Shown one piece after another: positions 57,025 to 64,000 of a stretch of DNA of 64,000 nt. Numbering within the stretch: the first letter of the stretch is position 1; every line of letters starts with the position of its first letter. Source of the stretch: Candidatus Latescibacterota bacterium (lineage in GTDB: Bacteria > Latescibacterota > UBA2968); NCBI GenBank assembly GCA_965207885.1, contig OZ242311.1:4640001-4704000 (forward strand). The letters run 5' to 3'. The notes beneath the pieces are model-generated. The model did no database searches. It saw nothing but the letters and a program-made list of their open reading frames with translations, and was not told where the DNA came from. The position numbers and the translations under genes were made by a program.

Positions 57025-57735
57025 ATGAGCATCTTTCAACGTCTCTTCAGTGTGGGCAAGGCCGAAGTCCATTCGGCTATTGACAAATTTGAAGATCCGA
57101 TAAAAATGACCGAACAGGGTATCCGCGACCTGAAAAATGATCTCAATAGCGCGATGACCAGCCTGGCTGAGGTCAAAGGTCAGGCCATTCGATTGCGAAA
57201 GCAAGCCGAAGACAACAAGAAGGCATCTGCTGATTGGGAGCGTAAGGCCATGGTTTTGCTCCAAAAAGCCCAGAGCGGTGATCTGGATGCTGGGGAAGCC
57301 GACCGGTTGGCAACCGAAGCCCTCAGTCGCAAAACAGAGGCCGACAGCCGCATCTCTCAGTTTGAGCAAGATGCCGAGATGCAGGAAGATATGGCAGCTA
57401 AGCTTCAAAGTCAGGTGGAGAAACTCAAATCTACCATTGCAACACACGAAAATGAACTCATTTCACTGCGCGCGCGGGCGAAAACAGCGGCTGCGACGAA
57501 GAAAATCAACAAGCAGCTCGCCAAAGTCGATTCGTCTGGTACAATTGCCATGCTCGAGCGTATGAAAGAACGGGTTGAAGAGGATGAATCGCTCTCGCAG
57601 GCTTATGGCGAAATAGCCGGTGAATCCAAGAGCGTTGATGAGGAGATTGACGCGGCACTGAGTACCTCATCGGGTGACACAGATCAACGCCTTGCTGAAC
57701 TCAAAGCAAAGATGGGGATGACTTCGAAAGACTGA
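57025..57735 (+). CDS. pspA: PspA/IM30 (ESCRT-III-like) protein
   Basis: MSIFQRLF amphipathic helix, EDPIKMTEQ.IRD, long coiled coil, RLAELKAK C-terminus. Confidence 0.9.
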   Translation: MSIFQRLFSVGKAEVHSAIDKFEDPIKMTEQGIRDLKNDLNSAMTSLAEVKGQAIRLRKQAEDNKKASADWERKAMVLLQKAQSGDLDAGEADRLATEALSRKTEADSRISQFEQDAEMQEDMAAKLQSQVEKLKSTIATHENELISLRARAKTAAATKKINKQLAKVDSSGTIAMLERMKERVEEDESLSQAYGEIAGESKSVDEEIDAALSTSSGDTDQRLAELKAKMGMTSKD

Positions 57736-57815
57736 CGCTGGGTGTGCCTGTAGGGGAGACACTGGCGCACCCGTTCTATCTGTCGTAGAAGGTTCATGGG
57801 TTGCAGGGAGAGAAA

Positions 57816-58373
57816 ATGAATTGGAATCCTTTTAAGAAGAAGAAACAAGAACCTGAAGCTCTCGATCCCCTCAGTGTTACGCTGTCCGATCTCAAGCTGG
57901 GTTATGTCCTCGACTACGATCTCAAAACCTGGCAGGTTACAGCGCAGCATTATTACGATTACGAAGGTGACCGCGCGGATGAATGGGAACTCACCTGCGG
58001 CGATGATGTGGCATATCTCGAGCGGTCAGAAGACGATAGTATCTCCTGGGCCCTGACGCGCAAGATCCCCCTTTCCGATATTGAGGGCGATATCCGTGGG
58101 CATATGCGCGACCACGATAATGAGGATCCTCCAGATGAAGTTAGATGCCAGGGGGTTATGTTCTATGGCATATCGTCAGCCGTTGGATCTTTTTACAAAG
58201 ATAGCGGGGACGAGGGACAGCAGTTTATCATCTGGAATTATCTCGACGAGTCGGAGGAACACACCCTATCTATCGAGCAATGGGACGAAGACGCTTTTGA
58301 TGCCGCGGTGGGTGAGATTGTCGAAGAATATCAATTTACCAATATTTTGCCGTCAGTAGCCAGCAGCCAGTAG
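57816..58373 (+). CDS. DUF4178-domain protein
   Basis: Acidic beta-rich protein (WQV...EWEL...YLE, PP.E.....G, W.Y.D, LSIEQW); PspA neighbourhood. Confidence 0.7.
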   Translation: MNWNPFKKKKQEPEALDPLSVTLSDLKLGYVLDYDLKTWQVTAQHYYDYEGDRADEWELTCGDDVAYLERSEDDSISWALTRKIPLSDIEGDIRGHMRDHDNEDPPDEVRCQGVMFYGISSAVGSFYKDSGDEGQQFIIWNYLDESEEHTLSIEQWDEDAFDAAVGEIVEEYQFTNILPSVASSQ

Positions 58374-58380
58374 TCAGTTG
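58353..58380 (+). repeat. Heptamer tandem repeat (YCAGYWG) overlapping the DUF4178 stop codon
   Basis: TCAGTAG CCAGCAG CCAGTAG TCAGTTG. Confidence 0.65.
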
Positions 58381-58440
58381 CTGGTCCGCTTAACCGCCCC
58401 AAGCTATTAGCGGTCAGCAATCAGCCAGCCTCTTGCCTCT

Positions 58441-58470
58441 CATCTGCGTCCATCTGCGTCCATCTGCGGA
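58441..58470 (+). repeat. 10-bp tandem repeat CATCTGCGTC x3 (last copy imperfect)
   Basis: CATCTGCGTC CATCTGCGTC CATCTGCGGA. Confidence 0.85.
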
Positions 58471-58484
58471 TACTTTTCTCGTCT

Positions 58485-60011
58485 TTACTCAAACCCCCAT
58501 TCTGATTTCCGATAGTATCGATCTACTGTTGGCTCCATTTCCGTGCTGACCTCGATTGCATGTTTTTCATCAAACATGCCCTTCCAGAAGTGCAACATTC
58601 CCCGCATTGCTTCTGCATTCAAAAATTGCGTTTCAATATCCTCAAAGGTGAGTTGCCGCATTCGGCGAATGAGGTCCATTTCTTCGGCTTTCATTCCCAA
58701 TACCCATCCCCAATCTCCCATTGTTGGTATATAGGTGTGATAGGGTATGGTGGAAAAACCGGCGTCTGTCATCGTGCGCTCAATGCACAGAAATGCAAGG
58801 CGCGCGTTGAGGGGACTTGATGCCTGGGTTACCAGTACGCCATCGGGTGTTAAGTGACGCGCACACAGGCGATAAAATTCCCGCGAATACAATCTGGCGA
58901 GGTCTGGTCCTTTGGGGTCGGGCAAGTCGATGATGATGATATTGAATAACGCACCTGAATGCGCCAAAAATGCGCCTGCATCGCCGATTACCACATTGAC
59001 ACGCGGGTCGTCCAGTGCCCGCGCATTCGCTTCTACAAAGACCGGGTGTGTGCGCGCCAGATTGATTATCGCTTTGTCTAAATCTACAAGGGTAATCGCT
59101 TTCACGTCTGCATATTTTACGACTTCGCGCACAGCCAGTCCATCCCCCCCGCCTAAAATGAGTACGTTGTTCCGCGATCCCGATAGTTTCATGGCCGGAT
59201 GTACCAGCGATTCGTGATAGCGTTCTTCGTCATAGGTGCTGAATTGTACGTTGCCATTTAGGTGGAGCCAGTGGTGGCCTTTCCATTCTGTTATGACAAT
59301 GCGTTGATAAGCGGTCTGATCTTGATAGATTACGCGGTCGCGATACCGACTTTGCTCGCCCCATATCACAATGGGGCGGATATAAAGCCCCAGTACCAGA
59401 AGGCCCGCGCCCAGGATCCAGAATGCCGTCAATAGCAGCGAGCGACGCGCCAATAAGTGCCGATATTGCCACAGCAATACCGATGCCACGATAAAGTTAA
59501 TCGCGCTCAACGCGAGTGGTGTGTACGTCAGGCCCAATTCTGGCAATAAAAAAAAAGCGAATAGTAGTCCGCCGATCAATGCGCCAAAATAGTCTTTTTC
59601 CATTACTGAGGCGATATTGGTGCGCAGATCCTGATATGCTTCGTTCATGCGCGCGACCAGCGGAATTTCCATGCCGATTAGTATGCCGATGGCAAAGGCA
59701 TAGCTATAGATGAAAACACCTGCCGATAAGGCGAGTACCGACCCAAAATACGCTACAACCGCACAAGTGGCACACAGGACCGAGAGATAAAATTCGATTG
59801 CGATAAAGCGATCCAGCAACCTGTCCGTCAATAATCGGCTCCATCGGCTGCCCAGGCCCATGGCAAATAACATCAGCGACATGAGCAGTGCCCACTGCAA
59901 TGTCGTGTTGCCCAATAGATAGCTCGCCAGCGTTGACAATGTAAATTCCGCTACAATGCCCGCGCATCCCGTGGCGAATATACAGGCTTTTAAGAGATAG
60001 CTCTGTCGCAT
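58485..60011 (-). CDS. speE: Membrane-bound polyamine aminopropyltransferase (spermidine synthase-like)
   Basis: About 7 N-terminal TMs (MLFAMGLGS, GMEIPL, DYFGAL), then YQRI, DE.RYHE, LILGGGDG, IIDLPDP. Confidence 0.88.
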   Translation of the reverse strand: MRQSYLLKACIFATGCAGIVAEFTLSTLASYLLGNTTLQWALLMSLMLFAMGLGSRWSRLLTDRLLDRFIAIEFYLSVLCATCAVVAYFGSVLALSAGVFIYSYAFAIGILIGMEIPLVARMNEAYQDLRTNIASVMEKDYFGALIGGLLFAFFLLPELGLTYTPLALSAINFIVASVLLWQYRHLLARRSLLLTAFWILGAGLLVLGLYIRPIVIWGEQSRYRDRVIYQDQTAYQRIVITEWKGHHWLHLNGNVQFSTYDEERYHESLVHPAMKLSGSRNNVLILGGGDGLAVREVVKYADVKAITLVDLDKAIINLARTHPVFVEANARALDDPRVNVVIGDAGAFLAHSGALFNIIIIDLPDPKGPDLARLYSREFYRLCARHLTPDGVLVTQASSPLNARLAFLCIERTMTDAGFSTIPYHTYIPTMGDWGWVLGMKAEEMDLIRRMRQLTFEDIETQFLNAEAMRGMLHFWKGMFDEKHAIEVSTEMEPTVDRYYRKSEWGFE

Positions 60012-60046
60012 AAAAAAATACTCGGCGGGTGTTTATACCGCCGAGT
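60012..60046 (-). terminator. Terminator-like hairpin + T tract immediately before the speE start codon
   Basis: Minus strand ACTCGGCGG-TATAAACAC-CCGCCGAGT-ATTTTTTT-ATG. Confidence 0.65.
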
Positions 60047-60073
60047 TAGAGAAATTTAATACAACTTCCTTTT

Positions 60074-60919
60074 TTACAAGCTCCATACGATCAGAAACGA
60101 TGCACCGACGTAAGATGTGGCTTCGATGAAGCCCGCGCCGAGATTGGGGTGTTCTTGATTGGCGATTTCATCGGTCAGTTTTTGTCCGGGTAAGAGGATT
60201 ACATCGGAGATGAATCGGACGATGGGTAGCAAGATCAATCCCGCGACGACTTCGATTGCAAAGTCCTGTAAATTTACAGTCCAGGAAATAAAATTGCCCG
60301 CCGATGCGTGAAATACGATGATGCCAATGCCGACTAATGCGCCCGCAAAAGCGACGCCCGCGGCGACGTTGTCTTTTTCGATTTCATCGTGAATGCTATA
60401 CGGGGTAATCCATTCGTACACCAGCCCGGCCAGTACCAGAGCTACCTGACCCAATGCCCAGAAAATCACGGTTGTCACAATTCCGCCAATTTCACCCGAT
60501 ACCGCGCCAAAGATCACCAATCCCGTTGCTATGTACGACGCGGCAATCACGGCACCGGTGCCCGCGTTTTGATCGTTGATTAATTCATCCCGAATTTTGA
60601 ATCCGTGCAGGATCACTCCGTCGTTGACCAGACGCGAGAGATTTAGCAAGATGATCGCCAGCAATCCGTATATGCCGATGTCGATCAAATCGTTTTCCAA
60701 TCCCTGAGATGGGCCAGATAGGGTGCCGCCGATGGCCATGATCAATCCGAAGTAATATCCCGCCATGGCCACACCCAGTGCGACGTTGTCTTTTTCTACG
60801 AGTTCTTCTCGCACGCTGTAACTCGTTGTCGTCAAGTCCTTGATCAATTTGCCGATCCAGAATAATACAAACGCGCTGATGAGATAAATACCCGTTGCGA
60901 TTAAGTCCTGTCCTATCAT
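60074..60919 (-). CDS. DUF350-domain membrane protein (duplicated)
   Basis: Repeated EL.EKDN.A.GV..AG motifs (EELVEKDNVALG, DELINDQNAG, DEIEKDNVAAG, DEIANQEHPN); start MIGQDL overlaps the upstream stop. Confidence 0.8.
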   Translation of the reverse strand: MIGQDLIATGIYLISAFVLFWIGKLIKDLTTTSYSVREELVEKDNVALGVAMAGYYFGLIMAIGGTLSGPSQGLENDLIDIGIYGLLAIILLNLSRLVNDGVILHGFKIRDELINDQNAGTGAVIAASYIATGLVIFGAVSGEIGGIVTTVIFWALGQVALVLAGLVYEWITPYSIHDEIEKDNVAAGVAFAGALVGIGIIVFHASAGNFISWTVNLQDFAIEVVAGLILLPIVRFISDVILLPGQKLTDEIANQEHPNLGAGFIEATSYVGASFLIVWSL

Positions 60920-61647
60920 TTTCCAAACCCTCCAAAACTGCGGCTGCCAAATCCAGACCGGCTGCGACTCGTTGAACGCGAACTGCCAAATCCACTGCGA
61001 CTCTGGCTCGCGCGACTTTGCACTTTTTGTGTGAACGATTGTCTCTTTTGCGCTATGTTTGCCTGGCGTCGCTGGAATGTCGATGGCTTTTGTTTCTGTG
61101 TTACAGATCCCTGCGTGCCATATTCCCGATTGCGTCCGTAATACGGACGTTGATCTCGGCGATAAGACCGATAATCGTCGTAATCGTAGCGACTCATGCC
61201 AAATCCGCCGCCCCAACCGAGCATATGACTCATGAGCGCGTATTGGCCGTAGAATTCCCAGAACGATGTGCCCCCGCGATCCGTCCAACGCCCGTAGCTC
61301 GGATTGCCCACATAGTGGTATCCGGGCGGATGTGGCGTGTTGTTGACGCCATCTTGCTCAGATTTGGCAACGAGCGCCATTCCCAAAAATGGTTCGTATT
61401 TTCGATAGATGGATTCCGATACTTCTATCCAGTCCGATTGTACCTTTTTTTCTCCCTGTGTTATTAAATACCGGTGGTAATACGTGGTGAAAAGAGAGCC
61501 TTCTTCGCGTATATCATCCAGTACAATCATATATGCCGGTGCCGAGGCCAGCGATTTTTGCATTTCAACGACGGGATCGCGCTCGCCGCCGCACCCGGAT
61601 AATAACAGCAGGCCGATTAGCAAGACTGGCAGTCGTCCTCGTGTCAT
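60916..61647 (-). CDS. Putative lipoprotein with Arg/Ser/Gly-rich disordered tail
   Basis: Lipobox LLLLSGC; C-terminal SRSGFGSSRSTSRSRSGFGSRSFGGFGK; AGGAGG RBS. Confidence 0.75.
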   Translation of the reverse strand: MTRGRLPVLLIGLLLLSGCGGERDPVVEMQKSLASAPAYMIVLDDIREEGSLFTTYYHRYLITQGEKKVQSDWIEVSESIYRKYEPFLGMALVAKSEQDGVNNTPHPPGYHYVGNPSYGRWTDRGGTSFWEFYGQYALMSHMLGWGGGFGMSRYDYDDYRSYRRDQRPYYGRNREYGTQGSVTQKQKPSTFQRRQANIAQKRQSFTQKVQSRASQSRSGFGSSRSTSRSRSGFGSRSFGGFGK

Positions 61648-61698
61648 AATTCCTCCTTTGTTTTATTTAAGATACCTCAATATCAGTTTTGTGCAATA

Positions 61699-63159
61699 CT
61701 ATCTCGGGTCTTCGGGTAATTGTGAGAAGTCGAATTCATTTACTTCATCAATGTCTGGTGCAAATGGGGGGATGGCGTGGGGGATATGGCTGTGCCCACA
61801 GCGTGCGATGAGTGCTCGGGCGCGTGCTTGTCGTTCGGCTTGTGCCAAGATATCATCGGCAGACCAGCGTGCAAAGATTTTTTCGAGGCCCGATTGGATC
61901 ACGTCACGATACCGGGGATCATTGGATAGGTCGCGGCGTTCTTCGGGGTCTTGGTCAATGTTGAACAATTGGCAAGAGTCAAATTCAGAGTAATAGTTCA
62001 ATTTCCACGGTCCCGTGCGGAGCATGCACGCGGGCTGGTCGCCGAGTAAGCCGATGTATTCTGCAAAGACTTCATTGGGCCAATCTGGCGGGGTACCCTG
62101 GAGGAATGGGGCGAAGCTTTTTCCGGAGACATCGGGCATGGGGTCAGCGCCCGCAATGTCCAGAGCTGTGGGTCCGACGTCGATGAGGCTGACGATGGCA
62201 TCTTCTGTGTGGTTTTCGCGAAGATGACCTGGCCCTGAGCAGATCAAGGGAATGCCTACAGAGCCTTCGTAAAAGCTGCTTTTCCACCACATGCCGTGTT
62301 CATGGGCCATGTCGCCGTGGTCTGAGGTGTAGATGATGACGGTATTGTCCGCATCGGAGGAGGATTGTACGGTGTCAATGATCTGGCCAATGTATCGGTC
62401 GAGTTCGGTTGTCAGGCCGTAATAGGCGGCTAACCCGCGGCGGTTTTGTTCTGGGGTGATGTCTTCAACGCCGCGTCTTTCGCGCCATTTTTTCATGGCC
62501 GGATGCAGGGCGTTTAAGTATTCGGGCGATTCGGGTTCGAGTGGTGGGATTTGCGCCATGTAATACTCGAAATCTTCTCTGCCGCAGATCAGGGGATTGT
62601 GCGGGTTCATGTAGCCGACGACGAGGGCATAAGCTCTGTCGCCCTCTTGCCGATCGGCGATGAATTTGCAGGCTGTTTCGGTGACGGATTTGTCAAAGTG
62701 GCGATAGCCCGTTTCGCCATGACCAGATACTTGAACGCCGTATTTGGTCTGTCCCGTTGTGCGGTTGTATCCAGAGCCGAGAATTTCTGCGGATAGCCCG
62801 CCGCAGTCGGCGTGGATGCGTTTTTCAAAGCCGTGGAATTGGTCGGGGTTTCTAAAGTGCATGCGACCGCATAGTACGGCTTCGTATCCCGCCGCGCCAA
62901 ATGCATGGGCAAATGTGGGGGTGTCAAAAGACAGGCTGCCGCTGTTGTCATAGACGCCCACGTCGCTGGGGTACTGCGCGGACATAAAGCCCGATCGCGA
63001 AGGCGCGCAGAGGGGATAGGGGCAATACGCATTGCGAAACCGGACCCCGCTGCGGGAGAGTGCGTCCAGATTAGGCGTTTGCACAATGGGATTTCCCGCA
63101 CATCCCATTACATGGGGGTTGTGCTGGTCAGAGATGATGATGATAATGTTGGGAGTCAT
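61699..63159 (-). CDS. Sulfatase (choline-sulfatase-like)
   Basis: PNIIIIISDQH, CAPSRSGFMS, GRMH, TSDHGDM..HG.W.K. Confidence 0.9.
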   Translation of the reverse strand: MTPNIIIIISDQHNPHVMGCAGNPIVQTPNLDALSRSGVRFRNAYCPYPLCAPSRSGFMSAQYPSDVGVYDNSGSLSFDTPTFAHAFGAAGYEAVLCGRMHFRNPDQFHGFEKRIHADCGGLSAEILGSGYNRTTGQTKYGVQVSGHGETGYRHFDKSVTETACKFIADRQEGDRAYALVVGYMNPHNPLICGREDFEYYMAQIPPLEPESPEYLNALHPAMKKWRERRGVEDITPEQNRRGLAAYYGLTTELDRYIGQIIDTVQSSSDADNTVIIYTSDHGDMAHEHGMWWKSSFYEGSVGIPLICSGPGHLRENHTEDAIVSLIDVGPTALDIAGADPMPDVSGKSFAPFLQGTPPDWPNEVFAEYIGLLGDQPACMLRTGPWKLNYYSEFDSCQLFNIDQDPEERRDLSNDPRYRDVIQSGLEKIFARWSADDILAQAERQARARALIARCGHSHIPHAIPPFAPDIDEVNEFDFSQLPEDPR

Positions 63160-63165
63160 AGGTAA

Positions 63166-63224
63166 AAGTGTGAAGTGAGGAGGATGAAGTGTGAAGTGAG
63201 AAGGATGAAGTGTGAAGTGAGAGG
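63166..63224 (+). repeat. 21-bp tandem repeat (three heptamers each), about 2.8 copies
   Basis: AAGTGTGAAGTGAGGAGGATG / AAGTGTGAAGTGAGAAGGATG / AAGTGTGAAGTGAGAGG. Confidence 0.85.
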
Positions 63225-63226
63225 CA

Positions 63227-63262
63227 CGTCATTGCGGCATGGTTTTGAGCCGCAATCCAGAA
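63227..63262 (-). repeat. Dispersed palindromic repeat, copy 2
   Basis: CGTCATTGCGGCATGGTTTTGAGCCGCAATCCAGAA is the reverse complement of 54672-54707 with two substitutions. Confidence 0.8.
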
Positions 63263-63422
63263 GAGAAAAGTGTGAAGTGTGATGAACAATAAAATCCAAG
63301 CAACCACAGATAAACGCGGATGAACACAAAGAGATACGCCTACATCCATGTAGAAGCGATCCGGTCTCATATTCTTAGATCAGAAAATGGCCTCGCGCGT
63401 TCCAGATTGATCAATCCCGCCC

Positions 63423-64000
63423 CTATTTTCGATCATTTCCGTTATACAATCCCTCGCCGCGTACGAGCAGACGCTTGGGGTTGGGAATGTCCATGAGTTC
63501 ATCGACGCTGTGATAGCCTACTGTCATGCTCATGCGCGTGTCGTCGGTGTGGTTTTCGCCTGCGCCGTGGACGACCATGCTGTCGATTGCGAGCATTCCA
63601 CCTGCGGGCATGGGTACGGGAAGTGCCTGGCCCAGAATATCGTTTGCCCATTCTGCATCGTGAATAGATGTGGGGGTGCCGGGGAAGTGATGCGATCCGG
63701 GAATGATACGGGTGCATCCATTTTCGAGGGTGGTTTCTTCGAGGTAAAAGATGATGGTGTAGATGTTGCGCGTCCACTGTCTGACATCGCGGTGAAGATA
63801 TGCGCCTTTGTTGTCCGATGCTGTGCGCAAGGTAGCGTGGTTGTGGCGGTTGGTGAGGATTTCGATATTGGGTCCCAGAAGCGATTCGAGTGGGTCGAGC
63901 GCGTATGGATGCGTGACTGCTTCTCGAAAGACCGACGCGCGGTCCATAAGGGCAGAGATGCGCACGGCGCAGCCATCCTTATTGCGCACGATGGGTTCGA
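63423..64000 (-). CDS. Phytanoyl-CoA dioxygenase (PhyH) family protein, 5' end off window
   Basis: LHRD (HxD), ENGCTRIIPGSH, VHGAGEN..D..R. Confidence 0.85.
   Translation of the reverse strand, partial: EPIVRNKDGCAVRISALMDRASVFREAVTHPYALDPLESLLGPNIEILTNRHNHATLRTASDNKGAYLHRDVRQWTRNIYTIIFYLEETTLENGCTRIIPGSHHFPGTPTSIHDAEWANDILGQALPVPMPAGGMLAIDSMVVHGAGENHTDDTRMSMTVGYHSVDELMDIPNPKRLLVRGEGLYNGNDRK

Noticed and set aside
60920-61288. N-terminal extension of the DUF350 ORF in the ORF track
   Set aside because: Overlaps the lipoprotein gene in another frame; the real start is the ATGA-coupled ATG at 60919
63166-63224. Possible CRISPR array
   Set aside because: Units are directly tandem with no unique spacers, and no cas genes are present

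Overview
Gene-dense bacterial chromosomal window, mostly housekeeping and catabolic genes. Gene content suggests an FCB-group lineage such as Latescibacterota or Gemmatimonadota; this is inference only. In order: sufC (partial) and sufB; a hypothetical + PqqD/RRE pair; lexA with a probable Fibrobacter-type SOS box; dprA; a sulfatase; MFS transporter; NDT-family enzyme; KamA radical SAM; UPF0182-murQ; an atypical ClpX-like ATPase divergent from rqcH/NFACT; folD with a ZMP/ZTP riboswitch; BNR_4, nitroreductase, ThuA and GPP34 genes; a block of an NCS2 permease fused to a degenerate RsbW-like domain, beta-RFAP synthase and DUF1330; a second sulfatase, a TrpD2/YbiB-like gene and an AGCS symporter; a partner-switching cluster without a sigma factor (STAS, REC-PP2C, RsbW, SBP, HAMP-HK, amt); the yggS-yggT-divIVA-mtnP-NUDIX-dksA-lspA-rluD operon; a frameshifted alpha/beta hydrolase; ABC ATPase, PPK2/PAP and Gfo/Idh/MocA genes; a small AT-rich putative defence island (ApeA-like HEPN gene split in frame by a 1197-bp IS4 with a 9-bp TSD, plus an ABC-ATPase and a small PD-(D/E)xK-like partner); recJ; a PspA-associated locus in two convergent halves (YbjN-PspA-DUF4178 and lipoprotein-DUF350-SpeE); a third sulfatase; and a partial PhyH dioxygenase. 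No tRNA, rRNA or CRISPR array was recognised. The best novelty candidates are the NCS2-pseudo-RsbW 'transceptor' with the nearby partner-switch/amt cluster, and the ATPase + nuclease pair next to the IS-split HEPN gene.
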